DNA of 56,151 bases from Minisyncoccota bacterium (GTDB lineage: Bacteria > Patescibacteriota > Minisyncoccia > Phycocordibacterales > UBA9973): contig JBBABV010000003.1 of assembly GCA_041657445.1 (NCBI GenBank), positions 1 through 56,151 of the forward strand, read 5' to 3'. This document shows, piece after piece, positions 7,293 through 18,118 of the stretch. The stretch's first letter is position 1, and each line of letters begins with the position of its first letter. A program made the translations under genes and the position numbers. Below the pieces are notes generated by a model. That model searched no databases. It saw only the letters and a list, made by a program, of their open reading frames with translations, and had not been told where the DNA came from.

Positions 7293-9749
7293 TTATGCAC
7301 AAACAAGTGAAGCAATACCATCTCCAGCACGCAAACGCATTACTGTAACTCCCTGAGTCTGTCTACCGAGAGAGGAAATATCCTTCAGTGCAGTCCTTAT
7401 CACCTGTCCTTTTTTTGACATTGCAATAAGTTCCTCTTCATCTCCCTCTAATACTTTACCAACAATCAATTTTCCTGTTTTAGGTGTAACTTTTGCTGTT
7501 TTTATTCCACTTCCACCTCGTTTTTGAACTTTATATTCTTTTATATCAGTCTTTTTTCCAAAACCATTTTCACTCATTGTCAAGAAAAATCCGTTTTTGT
7601 TGTCTTTTTTAACAACTCCTACTCCTACGACCTCATCATCTTTACTAAGTTTTATACCCCTGATTCCTCCAGCCGAACGACCCATCTGACGAATATCGGA
7701 TTCTTTAAAACGAATTGATTGCCCTTTACTTGTTGCAAGCATCACTTCATCACTTTTGTCAGTAAGAAATGCCCCTACTAGGCTATCGTTTTTATCCAAA
7801 CGGATAGCGATAATTCCACTCCTACGAACATCTTTAAAACTTCCTGCAGACATTTTTTTTACTGTTCCATCTCTTGTAACTAGCATAAGAGAAAGACCTG
7901 TCTTGTCTAAATTCTTTGGCATTACTAAGATAGAGGTAACCTTTTCTTCTCCATTTAATGATAGAAAGTTCATAATTGATTTTCCTTTTGTTGCCCTCCT
8001 ACCTTCTGGAATATCATACATTTTCATTTGATACACCTTTCCTAGGTTTGTAAAGAAAAGAAGATCACTATGAGTAGAACCAAAAACAAGTTTAGTTACA
8101 AAATCTTCTTCTTTAGTTTCAAGATCTACTACCCCTACACCTCCTCTTTTTTGAGAACGATATTCTGAAGTATCAGTTCTTTTTACATATCCTCCTGCAG
8201 TAAGAACTAATACTGTTTCCTTTTCAGGTATCAAATCTTCGTCGGAGATTTCTTTTATACCACCTTTAATTATCTTAGTTTTTCTTTCATCACTATACTT
8301 TTCAGAAACTTCCGTAAGTTCATTTGAAATTATTTTCATCATTTTTTTCGGACTAGCTAAAATTTCTTTCATTTCTTTAATGAATTTTTGTTTCTCTTCC
8401 AATTCATCTAACACTGCTTTTCTTTCAAGTCCAGCAAGTTTAGAAAGCTTCATCTCTAAAATTGCTATTGCTTGAAATTCTGAAAACTTAAATTCTTTTA
8501 TAAGGTTCTCCTTAGCTATAGTAGAATTTTTTGAACCACGAATAATGGTGATAACTCTATCAATTTTATCAAGAGCTTTTTTAAGACCAAGAAGAATATG
8601 TTCCCTTTCCTCTGCTTTCTTTAAGTCATATTTTGTTCTTCTCTCTACTACATTTTGTCTATGTAAAATAAATTGCTGAAGAATAGACTTTAATGAGAGA
8701 GTTTGGGGAACTCCATCTACTAAGGCCACCATATTAAAATTAAAATTAGATTCTAATTGAGTATTTTTATAAATATAATTAAGTATTTTTTCTGGATGAG
8801 CATTTGTTTTTAAATCAATAACTATTCTTATATCACGAGTAGATTCGTCCCGAAGTCCTTTTATTCCTTCTATCTTTTTCTCTTGGACTAATTCAGCAAT
8901 AGACATGATAAGAGATGCTTTATTTACTCTGTATGGAATAGAAGTAATTATTATCTGAAAACTTCCTCCTTTTTGTTCTATTATTTCTGCTTCCCCCCTA
9001 CACACTACTCCTCCTCGTCCATTTGAATATGCATGTAACATATCCTTATAACCATAAGCAATACCTCCAGTAGGAAAATCAGGACCTTTTACAAACTCCA
9101 TTAAATCTTCAGTAGTAGCATCTTCATTTTCAATTAAATGTTTTGTAGCCTGTATTATTTCTCCTAAATTATGAGGAGGGATATTGGTCGCCATACCTAC
9201 AGCAATACCAAGAGTTCCATTTAAAAGAAGAGAAGGAACTGAAGCAGGTAAAACAGTGGGTTCTTTCCTTGTTTGATCATAATTTGGTCTAAAATCAACT
9301 GTTTCCTTTTCTAAATCTCTTAAAAGTTCAGAAGATATTTTAGACATTTTTGCCTCAGTATAACGCATGGCTGCCGCAGAATCTCCGTCTATTGAACCCC
9401 AGTTACCTTGTCCAAGAATAAGCGGATAGCGATAAGAAAACTCTTGTGCCATTCCTACCATTGTGTCATAAACTGCAGAATCTCCGTGAGGATGATATTT
9501 TCCTAGGACATCTCCGACTACCGCAGCAGATTTTCTAAATCGTCCTGAAGCAGTAAGACCCATCTCATTCATAGCAAAAAGTATTCTCCTATGAACTGGT
9601 TTTAAACCATCTCTAACATCAGGCAATGCCCGTGCAGTAATGACAGACATTGCATATGCAAGATATGATTCTCTCATTTCTGAAACTACATCTACGGGAA
9701 TAACATTTTCTCTTTTTGTTTCTTCTGTTAAATCTTTCTTTTTTGGCAT
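7293..9749 (-). CDS. gyrA: DNA gyrase subunit A
   Basis: 818 aa. [24 protein letters not shown], and [10 protein letters not shown] (catalytic Tyr region). C-terminal beta-pinwheel repeats. Confidence 0.95.
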   Translation of the reverse strand: MPKKKDLTEETKRENVIPVDVVSEMRESYLAYAMSVITARALPDVRDGLKPVHRRILFAMNEMGLTASGRFRKSAAVVGDVLGKYHPHGDSAVYDTMVGMAQEFSYRYPLILGQGNWGSIDGDSAAAMRYTEAKMSKISSELLRDLEKETVDFRPNYDQTRKEPTVLPASVPSLLLNGTLGIAVGMATNIPPHNLGEIIQATKHLIENEDATTEDLMEFVKGPDFPTGGIAYGYKDMLHAYSNGRGGVVCRGEAEIIEQKGGSFQIIITSIPYRVNKASLIMSIAELVQEKKIEGIKGLRDESTRDIRIVIDLKTNAHPEKILNYIYKNTQLESNFNFNMVALVDGVPQTLSLKSILQQFILHRQNVVERRTKYDLKKAEEREHILLGLKKALDKIDRVITIIRGSKNSTIAKENLIKEFKFSEFQAIAILEMKLSKLAGLERKAVLDELEEKQKFIKEMKEILASPKKMMKIISNELTEVSEKYSDERKTKIIKGGIKEISDEDLIPEKETVLVLTAGGYVKRTDTSEYRSQKRGGVGVVDLETKEEDFVTKLVFGSTHSDLLFFTNLGKVYQMKMYDIPEGRRATKGKSIMNFLSLNGEEKVTSILVMPKNLDKTGLSLMLVTRDGTVKKMSAGSFKDVRRSGIIAIRLDKNDSLVGAFLTDKSDEVMLATSKGQSIRFKESDIRQMGRSAGGIRGIKLSKDDEVVGVGVVKKDNKNGFFLTMSENGFGKKTDIKEYKVQKRGGSGIKTAKVTPKTGKLIVGKVLEGDEEELIAMSKKGQVIRTALKDISSLGRQTQGVTVMRLRAGDGIASLVCA

Positions 9750-9757
9750 ATATATTT

Positions 9758-9970
9758 TTAGTTATCTGAAAGAATACTTTCTTTAAGAATTGTAAAAGGT
9801 TTTATATCATTTTTAATTCTTTCTTTTGTTTCTGTGCTAGAAAAATCATTTTTTAGACTAATTACCCAAAAAACTATTAATACTGCTATTACAACTAGCA
9901 TTACAACATTTAAAATATGTTTTCTTGTATCTTCTGGTTGTTTTCTTAAATTATGAATTATTTTTTTCAT
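9758..9970 (-). CDS. Small single-pass membrane protein
   Basis: 70 aa with one TM helix ([18 protein letters not shown]). Tightly packed between neighbouring genes. Confidence 0.4.
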   Translation of the reverse strand: MKKIIHNLRKQPEDTRKHILNVVMLVVIAVLIVFWVISLKNDFSSTETKERIKNDIKPFTILKESILSDN

Positions 9971-9974
9971 ATAA

Positions 9975-10610
9975 TTATAATGGCTTAATTACTAAAACCT
10001 TACCTTCGTTCCCCTCTAAATCTTTTTTCTTAATTGTTAATTTATCCACAATTTCAGCTTTTTCGTCTCCCATTTCTTTTAAGAAAGTCTTAATTGAATT
10101 TTCGTCATAATCCATTGGTATTATTATTTTTGCCTCAAGTGAGGCTGATAATTTTGCTGCATTTTTAGCATCAAGTGTGTTTTTTCCTCCCACAGAAACA
10201 AAAAGTATATCAGGTGATTCTGATAATTCTCGTGCTTCTTTAGAAATTTCGCTATTACCTAACACACCAAGAAAAACTATATTAATAGAATCAACAGCAA
10301 ATGAATATACTGTATTAATATATTTTTTTCCTTCAATTAGCACATCAGAAACTGCTCCTTGAATAAAGATTTCTTTTACTTCATAGTTTCCTGGACCATC
10401 TATAACAAAAGGCATTCTTTCACCATGTGAGAGTTGCTCTACTCCATTATAGTCAGGATGATTCACAGAAACCAAGGCTAAATCTGCTCCAAAACGAGTA
10501 GATATATCTGATTTTGAATTTTTTCCAACAGGGTTTAATGCCAAAACAGTATCACCTTGTGTAATTTTAAAAAACTGCTTTCCAAAATATGTAATAATCA
10601 TTACTTGCAT
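9975..10610 (-). CDS. MBL-fold (UPF0173-like) metal-dependent hydrolase homologue
   Basis: The N-terminus MIITYFGKQFFKITQGDTVLALNP resembles UPF0173/MBL-fold proteins. The classic HxHxDH motif is not obvious. Confidence 0.45.
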   Translation of the reverse strand: MQVMIITYFGKQFFKITQGDTVLALNPVGKNSKSDISTRFGADLALVSVNHPDYNGVEQLSHGERMPFVIDGPGNYEVKEIFIQGAVSDVLIEGKKYINTVYSFAVDSINIVFLGVLGNSEISKEARELSESPDILFVSVGGKNTLDAKNAAKLSASLEAKIIIPMDYDENSIKTFLKEMGDEKAEIVDKLTIKKKDLEGNEGKVLVIKPL

Positions 10611-10730
10611 TTTAACATATTTTTTGATACATTGAAAGCAATAATTACAAGCAGGATTTAGAGTAACCCTCTCCAGTTTTTTGGAGAAAACCTAAACCTT
10701 CATCCCGCTTTTGCGGGAATTTTAATTTAT

Positions 10731-11819
10731 ATGAAAAATGAAGAAAATATAGTTGAAAATCCGGTGTTAAAATCAATCGTTGACCGAAGTGTAGAAAAAC
10801 CAAAAGTAGAGTCATTGGTTGAGGGTCCAGTAATAATGATAAGAAAATCTTCAGTATTTGTAGATTTATCTCCTTTTGGAACAGGTATTATATACGGACG
10901 AGAATTTATAAATGCAAAGGATATTATAAAGAAAATTAACATCGGAGATACTATTAAGGCAAAAGTAGTAGAAAGAGAAAACGAAAATGGATATACAGAA
11001 CTTTCACTAAAAGAAGCAAAACAAGCATTAATTTGGAGTGAAGCTGAAAAAGCAATAAAACAAAAGACAGTATTAAATCTTGAAGTAAAAGATGCTAATA
11101 AAGGTGGCCTTATTCTTGAGTGGCAAGGAATACAAGGATTCTTACCGGCTTCCCAATTAAAAACTGAGCATTATCCAAAGGTCCTTGATTCAGATAAAGA
11201 TAAGATATTAAAGGAACTAAAAAAATTAGTCGGAGAATTTTTATCAGTAACTATTATTTCAACTCTCCAAAAAGAAGGAAAACTTATTTTTTCTGAAAAA
11301 GATAATAATCCTGAAGAAAAGAAAGAGATTCTTTCAAAATATAGTCTTAATGATGAATTAGAATGCACTGTAGCAGGTATAGTAGATTTTGGTATATTTT
11401 TAAAACTTGAAAACGGTTTAGAAGGATTAGTTCATATTTCAGAACTTGATTGGGGATTAGTAGAAGATCCAAGGACATTATTTAAAATTGGAGATAAAGT
11501 AAAAGCAAAAGTAATAGAAATTAAAGATGGAAAAATCTCACTCTCAATTAAAGCATTAAAAGAGAACCCATGGAAAGAATTTGAAGGTAAACTCAAAAAA
11601 GGAGATATTATTCAAGGAGTAGTTATCAAATACAACAAACACGGTGCCCTTGTATCCATCAAAGAAGGTGTTGCTGGATTAGTGCATAATTCTACTTTTG
11701 GCCTTGAGTCAAAACTCAGGGAAAAATTAGAACTTGGGAAAAAATACAGTTTTCAGATAACTCTTTTTGAACCAAAAGATCACAAAATGACTCTCATCTA
11801 TTTAGAAAATAAAGAATAA
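10731..11819 (+). CDS. rpsA: 30S ribosomal protein S1 (four S1 domains)
   Basis: 362 aa with repeated S1/OB units (G.I..G.V..V..FG.F...... GL.H.SE) in four copies. Confidence 0.85.
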   Translation: MKNEENIVENPVLKSIVDRSVEKPKVESLVEGPVIMIRKSSVFVDLSPFGTGIIYGREFINAKDIIKKINIGDTIKAKVVERENENGYTELSLKEAKQALIWSEAEKAIKQKTVLNLEVKDANKGGLILEWQGIQGFLPASQLKTEHYPKVLDSDKDKILKELKKLVGEFLSVTIISTLQKEGKLIFSEKDNNPEEKKEILSKYSLNDELECTVAGIVDFGIFLKLENGLEGLVHISELDWGLVEDPRTLFKIGDKVKAKVIEIKDGKISLSIKALKENPWKEFEGKLKKGDIIQGVVIKYNKHGALVSIKEGVAGLVHNSTFGLESKLREKLELGKKYSFQITLFEPKDHKMTLIYLENKE

Positions 11820-11825
11820 AAAAGA

Positions 11826-11852
11826 AAAAATCCGATTTATGTCGGATTTTTT
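11826..11852. terminator. Bidirectional intrinsic terminator between convergent rpsA and the 11837 gene
   Basis: Stem ATCCGA (11830-11835) / TCGGAT (11842-11847), flanked by an A-run and a T-run. Overlaps the last codons of the minus-strand gene. Confidence 0.6.
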
Positions 11853-12490
11853 TCTGTCTCTTTATATGTAATAGTTAGTTCTTTCTCCCCCATTCTCTCC
11901 ATTATATTCATTACTTGAGGAACATATTTGGGAACTATATAGGGTGGGTTGTATGCAAGTAAAATTCCTTCTGTATCCTTTCCTGCATAGTATTTTGCTG
12001 TGTTGGGATTTTGCCCTGCAAGATTTTTGGCAATTGTTTCAATTGCATCTTCATTTGATTTAAAACTAATTTTGCAGGATCCCCAACCAAATGAATTAAA
12101 GGTTGCCTTTTTACAAGCAAACCTACCACCAGAGGATTCTCTTACAGCAATAGCAGGTAATAATCTCCAATCAAGTCCATATTTTTCCGCTTCTTCAACC
12201 ATTTTTCTCCCTGTACCCTGTAAAGGCATATCATGTTGTTGAAAATAGGAATCAATAGCCTTTGCACGCAGAGTAATTATGGCCTCTTTTTCCTTATTAA
12301 CACTTTCCTCTTCTCCTTGGTTAAAGGAAAAAGAATCAAGAGTTTCTATATTGTTTTTTTGGATTAGTTCAATTTGTAAATTCTCTGAGTCATTCACCGC
12401 ATATAATCCTGCTGTGAGGGGAACCGCTCCTGTAAATACTGGAAACAGTGCGAGAGAATAAACTATCTGAACTATTTTGTTTTTATACAT
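11837..12490 (-). CDS. Secreted lysozyme-like / SLT-like cell-wall hydrolase candidate
   Basis: N-terminal hydrophobic signal. LPAIAVRESSGG resembles the AIA..ES catalytic motif of soluble lytic transglycosylases. Otherwise unassigned. Confidence 0.4.
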   Translation of the reverse strand: MYKNKIVQIVYSLALFPVFTGAVPLTAGLYAVNDSENLQIELIQKNNIETLDSFSFNQGEEESVNKEKEAIITLRAKAIDSYFQQHDMPLQGTGRKMVEEAEKYGLDWRLLPAIAVRESSGGRFACKKATFNSFGWGSCKISFKSNEDAIETIAKNLAGQNPNTAKYYAGKDTEGILLAYNPPYIVPKYVPQVMNIMERMGEKELTITYKETEKNPT

Positions 12491-12767
12491 AGCTTAGCGG
12501 TATGAGCTCCGCCAACAACCTTACTGTAATGTCTATATCTAAAGCAATGTAAATAAAGACAATTCTATCTTCACTGAAAAAGCCCTTAATTTAAAGGTAT
12601 TAACCTATAACTTAAGGACATATTGATATGGTAGCATACTTGTAAAGAAATGTCAATAGTTAGAACATATTATCTATTTTTGTCAAATATAGAATATGTT
12701 GAAAAATAAGGATATTTTGGCTAATAAATTTGACAAAATCTTACAAAATAAGTGTAATCTACAAAAA

Positions 12768-14024
12768 TTAATTAAGATTAAATATACTATTTGCTATTTT
12801 ATATGCTTGCCCTGCCCCCATAGTGACAAACACATCATTCTTACTATACTTAATTTCTCTTAGAAATGCTTCTGCGTGTTCAAAATCATTAAAAGATTTA
12901 CATTCTTGGCCATTTTGAGTTATTTCTTCTGCCATTTTTTCAATAGAAACAGTTTCATCCTTCTTTTCTCTAGCAAAATAAATAGGAAGAATAATTACAA
13001 AATCAGCACCAGTAAAGCATTTTGTAAAATCATCAAACAGTGCTTTTGTTCTGCTATATAAATGAGGTTGAAAGATAATTGTAATTTTCTTTTTATCTTG
13101 TGGATACATTTCTCTTAATGCCTGAATTGTCGCCCTTATTTCTGTTGGATGATGAGCATAATCATCATAAATAATTGTTCCTTCTTTTGTTTCTGCTATT
13201 TTTTCTAATCTTCTTGAAGTACCAAAAAATTTAGCAAGAGATTTTTTACTAATTTCTTCTTTGATACCTAAAACTTCTGCAACCTGAAGAGCAATAGCCC
13301 CATTTCTTCTATTATATTCACCGCTCACTAATAATTTTGGAACTTTTTTTATATATTCTTCTTTCTCAGTAATAATGTATTCGCTCTGTGAAGAAAACTT
13401 AGCAAATGCTTCTTTTATTTCATCAATATCTTTGTAATAATCTAAGTGATCTTTGTCTATATTTGTAATAACTCCTATATATGGGTAAAAATTAAGAAAA
13501 TGTCTATTATACTCATCTGCTTCTACTAGAAAATACTTACTTTTTCCCTTTCTAAAATTACTTCCGAATTTTTTTGTGAATGAACCAACAATAACAGTAG
13601 GATCAAGTCCTGCATCTATCATAATTTCTGCAATCATTGCTGTAGTGGTAGTTTTACCATGGGTTCCTGAAACTGCTATTGTTTTATAATTTTTTGCAAT
13701 CTGTCCAAGTGTTTCAAAGTAACTCAAAACCCATTTATTAGTTTCCTTTGCATTTTTTATAATTTCTGGACCACGATAAAGCCATGCATCACTATATACA
13801 TACAAGTCTGCTTCAGGTAACTCTTTTAAATCTTTCTGAAAAATAATTTCTATTCCTTCTTTCTTAAGTGGATCAAGAGTATGAGGGGTATCTTCATCAT
13901 TTATTCCCACTACTTTTATACCTTCGTTTGATAGCATTTTTGCCAGAGCAGAAATACCTATACCTCCTATTCCTATAAAACAGGCTTTCCCTATTTTTTT
14001 AAAATCAATATCTTTTATATGCAT
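12768..14024 (-). CDS. murC: UDP-N-acetylmuramate--L-alanine ligase
   Basis: FIGIGGIGISALAKML, P-loop VSGTHGKTTTTAMI, and DDYAHHPTEI. Confidence 0.9.
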   Translation of the reverse strand: MHIKDIDFKKIGKACFIGIGGIGISALAKMLSNEGIKVVGINDEDTPHTLDPLKKEGIEIIFQKDLKELPEADLYVYSDAWLYRGPEIIKNAKETNKWVLSYFETLGQIAKNYKTIAVSGTHGKTTTTAMIAEIMIDAGLDPTVIVGSFTKKFGSNFRKGKSKYFLVEADEYNRHFLNFYPYIGVITNIDKDHLDYYKDIDEIKEAFAKFSSQSEYIITEKEEYIKKVPKLLVSGEYNRRNGAIALQVAEVLGIKEEISKKSLAKFFGTSRRLEKIAETKEGTIIYDDYAHHPTEIRATIQALREMYPQDKKKITIIFQPHLYSRTKALFDDFTKCFTGADFVIILPIYFAREKKDETVSIEKMAEEITQNGQECKSFNDFEHAEAFLREIKYSKNDVFVTMGAGQAYKIANSIFNLN

Positions 14025-14048
14025 AAGAAACTTCTCTATTAAATACTA

Positions 14049-15422
14049 TTAATTATATTTCTTTATTATTTTTAAAAACTGATCTCCCCTATCATATTCA
14101 TTCTTAAACATACCAAATGAAGCAAAAGCAGGACTAAATAAAAGTATGTCACCTTTTTCTGTAGTTTTAAATGCTTCGTTAATTGCCTCTTTTAAATTCC
14201 TTGTTTTAATACTATTTTTTAATAAATTTAATTTATCTGTGCCTGTTCCAGGAAGAAGTATTACTATCTTACAATACTTGTTTATTATCTTTTGAAGATT
14301 ATCTACCTTGAGTCCTTTATCTGAACCACCCAAAATGAGAATGATATTTTTCTTTCTATTTTTAAGACTGACGGCAAGTGCTTCAATATCTGCCATAGTG
14401 GCTTCAGGAGAAGTCGCGTTATTATCATTGTATATTTTTACTCCACGAATAGTTTTTAGATATTGTAATCTACCTTCAACACCTTTAAAACCTTTCAATG
14501 AAGTAATGATTCTACTTGAAGGAACACCCAGTAATTTTGCCACAGAAATAGCACAAGCAAGATTTTCTCTCTGATGGTTCCCTGGAATATTAAAAGGATA
14601 TTTTTGTGCATCTTTAATATCTACTGTGATTAAATTACTTTTTATATTTTTGGGAATTATTTTTTTTACTCCTTTTCGTATTATAAGAACATCACCCTTT
14701 TTTTGAAATTTAAAAATGTTTGCTTTATCAGCAAAATATCTCTTCATATTATTTTTATAATAATTCATATGATCAGGAAAAAAAGAAGTAAAAACAGAAA
14801 TATGAGGAGATATTTTACTTTCACCAAATCCCTGCAATTGCCACGAATCAAGTTCGCAGACTAAAATACTTTCCTTTCTACTATTTTCTATTTTCTTTAA
14901 AATAGGAAGTGTTGCTATTCCTTTAATATTCCCTCCAATATATACCTTTTTATTTAGAAAATCTTCATTTTTCTTTAAAATTTCGTAAATTAGTGTAGTG
15001 GTCATTGACTTTCCCCGAGTACCCGTAACTCCAATTATTTTTGTTTTAGGTGAGAGTTTAGCAAAAAAAGATACATCCATTTCTATCGGAATTTTATTTT
15101 TCTTTGCTTCTTCTATATAAGGAGAGTCAATTGGCACCCCAGCTGATTTTATTATATAATCCTTATTACGAAAATCTTCAAGTTTATGTCCACCAAATAC
15201 AAAGCGGATTTTGTGTTTATGTAAAAAATCTTTTTTTCTAACTAAATTTTTAAGAACAGTAACAGATTTTTTTAACTCCTCTTCTGATTTCAAATCGGTA
15301 ATTGTAAGATTGGCTCCACATTCAAATAGAAATTGAGCAATTCCAAGACCTCTTCCTAAGAGTCCAAGTCCCATTATTGTTATATTTTTTCCTTGAAAAA
15401 AGTTTTTATATTTATAGTCCAT
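14049..15422 (-). CDS. murD: UDP-N-acetylmuramoylalanine--D-glutamate ligase
   Basis: Rossmann-like N-terminus IMGLGLLGRG, P-loop GVTGTRGKSMTTTLI, NDNNATSPEAT. Sits in a mur operon. Confidence 0.88.
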   Translation of the reverse strand: MDYKYKNFFQGKNITIMGLGLLGRGLGIAQFLFECGANLTITDLKSEEELKKSVTVLKNLVRKKDFLHKHKIRFVFGGHKLEDFRNKDYIIKSAGVPIDSPYIEEAKKNKIPIEMDVSFFAKLSPKTKIIGVTGTRGKSMTTTLIYEILKKNEDFLNKKVYIGGNIKGIATLPILKKIENSRKESILVCELDSWQLQGFGESKISPHISVFTSFFPDHMNYYKNNMKRYFADKANIFKFQKKGDVLIIRKGVKKIIPKNIKSNLITVDIKDAQKYPFNIPGNHQRENLACAISVAKLLGVPSSRIITSLKGFKGVEGRLQYLKTIRGVKIYNDNNATSPEATMADIEALAVSLKNRKKNIILILGGSDKGLKVDNLQKIINKYCKIVILLPGTGTDKLNLLKNSIKTRNLKEAINEAFKTTEKGDILLFSPAFASFGMFKNEYDRGDQFLKIIKKYN

Positions 15423-16659
15423 ATATCATTTTGTATTCCTCTTTATCATCAAAATGATTTTTTACCCCTTTTACTTCTTGGTAATCCTCATGACCTTTAC
15501 CAGCACAAAGAATTATATCCCCTTTTTTTGCAACATTTACACTATTCTTTATTGCTTCTCTGCGATTAGAAAAAGTCATTACTTTTGATAATAATTCTTC
15601 TGAAAGACCTGTTTTCATCTCTTCAATAATCTTTCCTGGATTTTCGCTTCTTGGATTATCAGAAGTAAAAACTGCGACATCAGAAAACTCAGCCCCTATT
15701 CTCCCCATTGTAGGTCTTTTAGTAGGATCTCTATCACCTCCGCAACCAAAAACAGTTATTAACTTTCCACCTTTACCTAAAATCCCTCTAGCAGTCTGAA
15801 TTACTTTTTCTAGTGCGTCAGGAGTATGTGCATAGTCAATAATTACAAGAACTCCTGAGGGAGACAAAAAATACTCAAACCTACCAGCAGGAGGAGTAAT
15901 TTTTTCAAAAATCAAAGAAATTCTTTCTTTATTTTTTTGAGAATTAGAAAATCCAAGCAGTTTACATACAGAAAAGACAGCAAGAAGATTGTAAGCATTA
16001 AATCTTCCAAGAAGTTTTGATTTAATTCTCTCTCCATTAATATCAAGTTCTATACCTGAAAAATCCATGCTTATTATCTTTCCAAAGAAATCAGCAGGCT
16101 TTTCAAATCCATAAGTAAATCTACGGGCTTTTATCCCCGCTAGTATCTTTTTTCCATTTCCATCATCAATATTTGATAAAGCAAATTTATCTTTCTGTAA
16201 TTTTCTAAAGAGTTTTTTCTTTGCACTAAAATATCTCTCAAAATCTTTATGATAATCTAAATGATCATGGGTAAGATTAGTAAAAACTCCTCCAGTAAAA
16301 TTTACTCCTGCTGTTCTTCCTTGGTGAAGAGCATGAGAAGAGGTTTCAATAAAAACATATTCGCAACCCTCTTTTAGCATTTTTCTTAATAATCTATATA
16401 ACTGTCTAGTGTCAGGAGTTGTATGAGTAGAGGGTATCTTTTCCTCTCCAATTCTATTTTCTACAGTTCCAATAAGTCCAGTTTTATAACCAAGTGCTTT
16501 TGATATTTCATATAAAAGAGTGGTAGTAGTAGTTTTACCATTCGTGCCTGTAACACCTATCACTTTCATTTTTGAAGAAGGATTTCTAAAAATGTAAAGA
16601 CTATAAAATAATGTAATTATTCTCCTCTTAATTTTTAAATTTTTTAAAAAATTTTTCAT
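15412..16659 (-). CDS. murE: UDP-MurNAc-tripeptide synthetase (MurE, meso-DAP-type DNPR motif) without the usual N-terminal domain
   Basis: GVTGTNGKTTTTTLL lies only about 35 aa from the start. DYAHTPDALEKVI, TSDNPRSENP and AGKGHEDYQ are MurE signatures. Overlaps the murD start by 11 nt. Confidence 0.85.
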   Translation of the reverse strand: MKNFLKNLKIKRRIITLFYSLYIFRNPSSKMKVIGVTGTNGKTTTTTLLYEISKALGYKTGLIGTVENRIGEEKIPSTHTTPDTRQLYRLLRKMLKEGCEYVFIETSSHALHQGRTAGVNFTGGVFTNLTHDHLDYHKDFERYFSAKKKLFRKLQKDKFALSNIDDGNGKKILAGIKARRFTYGFEKPADFFGKIISMDFSGIELDINGERIKSKLLGRFNAYNLLAVFSVCKLLGFSNSQKNKERISLIFEKITPPAGRFEYFLSPSGVLVIIDYAHTPDALEKVIQTARGILGKGGKLITVFGCGGDRDPTKRPTMGRIGAEFSDVAVFTSDNPRSENPGKIIEEMKTGLSEELLSKVMTFSNRREAIKNSVNVAKKGDIILCAGKGHEDYQEVKGVKNHFDDKEEYKMIYGL

Positions 16660-16687
16660 CTTTTAATTCCTTTTTCTAAAACAGAAT

Positions 16688-17050
16688 CTACAAAAATTTC
16701 TTTACTTCTGCATAAAGAGTATTTGATTCATCTATTATCCCTCTAATTTCTTTTTTATCTAAATTCTTATTTTTAATTTTTTCAATTAAAACATTGTATC
16801 TTTCAATAAAAGTAGGAAAAAACTGATTAAATTTTTCTAAAACTTTTTTTGCATTATCATCATTATAGTATTCCTTTATTTCTTCCTCAAAGTTTTTAAT
16901 TTCTAACTCCAGAATTCTTTTTTTTATCTTATCTATATCATTTTCACTTTCAAATAGATTGTTTATACCTATAAAAACATCAAAACAATCTCTAAAAATC
17001 GCTTCAAAATTCAATTCCATAAACTCTTCTGCTGACTTTATTTTTTCCAT
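16688..17050 (-). CDS. Hypothetical helical protein
   Basis: 120 aa, Lys/Glu-rich coiled-coil-like. No motif recognised. Confidence 0.35.
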   Translation of the reverse strand: MEKIKSAEEFMELNFEAIFRDCFDVFIGINNLFESENDIDKIKKRILELEIKNFEEEIKEYYNDDNAKKVLEKFNQFFPTFIERYNVLIEKIKNKNLDKKEIRGIIDESNTLYAEVKKFL

Positions 17051-17353
17051 TTATTTTTTAGTTATCCTATAATACTTTTGTAAAAAGATAAGGTCATTTT
17101 TTGTATTTTGAAGAGAATCTAACTGCCAGTTCTTCATTGTAGAAGAATTTTCTTTTTTTGTTAAAGATTCTTTTATTAGCGAAAGTGTAGTTGCTAATGT
17201 ACCAAAATAATCATTACTTGAAATATGAAAAAGAAGATTCATGTTTTTAGAAGGATCATTTTTTTTAAAAGAGTGAGAATATTTTTTTGACTGCTTGTCA
17301 TTTATAAACCAATATTTAGGATAATGAATTGTATAAAAAGGGTAAAAAGACAT
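17051..17353 (-). CDS. Hypothetical protein
   Basis: 100 aa. Abuts the downstream ORF with no gap. No motif recognised. Confidence 0.35.
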   Translation of the reverse strand: MSFYPFYTIHYPKYWFINDKQSKKYSHSFKKNDPSKNMNLLFHISSNDYFGTLATTLSLIKESLTKKENSSTMKNWQLDSLQNTKNDLIFLQKYYRITKK

Positions 17354-17359
17354 ATTTTT

Positions 17360-18094
17360 TTAATAGGAAACAGGAATACTTATAAAAGCATCACGAGTAA
17401 CAATAACATGATCTATTAAATCCACTCCTAGTAATTTTCCTGCATCTATTAGTTGTTTTGTTACTTCAATATCCATTTTGGAAGGAGTGATATCTCCTGA
17501 GGGATGATTATGAACAAGAATAAGTGCTACTGCAGATCTCTCAATTGCAGGTTTAAAAACTTCTCGAGGGTGAATAATACTACCATCAACTGTTCCAATT
17601 GAAATAACTTCGTCATGTATAACTTTATAGTGAGCATTCAAATATATTCCTCGTAAATGTTCCTTTGAGAGATTATGCATATCTTTTACATAATCAAAAA
17701 CCTCCCTAGCAGTGCGAACCACAGGTAAAGATGAATAATTTTTCTGAAAAAATCTTCTACCAAGTTCAGCACAAGCAACTATTTGCATTGCCTTCCCCAT
17801 CGGAATCTCAAAATTATTTGAAAGATTTTTAACATCTTTTTCAAACATAATACTTCCCTCTCCGTAGTTTTTTATTATTCTTGAAGACATTTCTAAAACA
17901 CCTTCTTTTTTTGTTCCAGTATTTAGAATTAATGCAAGAAGTTCTTGAGTAGAAAGAATTGATAATCCATGTTTTAATAATTTTTCTCTTGGTTTATCCT
18001 CTTCTGGTAAATCCCTAATTCTTAAATAATAATGCTTTTCGTTATTATCAAGGATAACATCATGATTTTTTGCTATATAATATGCTTGTGTCAT
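17360..18094 (-). CDS. radC: RadC-like JAB/MPN domain protein
   Basis: HhH-like LSTQELLALILNTG and the JAMM motif HNHPSGDITPSKMD. Confidence 0.88.
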   Translation of the reverse strand: MTQAYYIAKNHDVILDNNEKHYYLRIRDLPEEDKPREKLLKHGLSILSTQELLALILNTGTKKEGVLEMSSRIIKNYGEGSIMFEKDVKNLSNNFEIPMGKAMQIVACAELGRRFFQKNYSSLPVVRTAREVFDYVKDMHNLSKEHLRGIYLNAHYKVIHDEVISIGTVDGSIIHPREVFKPAIERSAVALILVHNHPSGDITPSKMDIEVTKQLIDAGKLLGVDLIDHVIVTRDAFISIPVSY

Positions 18095-18118
18095 AATTTT
18101 TATATTATACCACTATAT

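Noticed and set aside
10680-10730. Hairpins upstream of rpsA (TCTCC/GGAGA and TCCCGC-TTTT-GCGGGA plus a T-rich tail) as an S1 autoregulatory leader or attenuator
   Set aside because: This is plausible, but it rests on only two short stems. I cannot assess conservation and no known motif is recognised.
12640-12767. Imperfect palindrome (AACATATT...AATATGTT, about 12664-12702) and a TTGACA-17-TGTAAT promoter-like string facing the 3' end of murC
   Set aside because: The sequence is AT-rich and low in information, there is no downstream plus-strand gene, and the arms match only after allowing indels. This could easily be chance.
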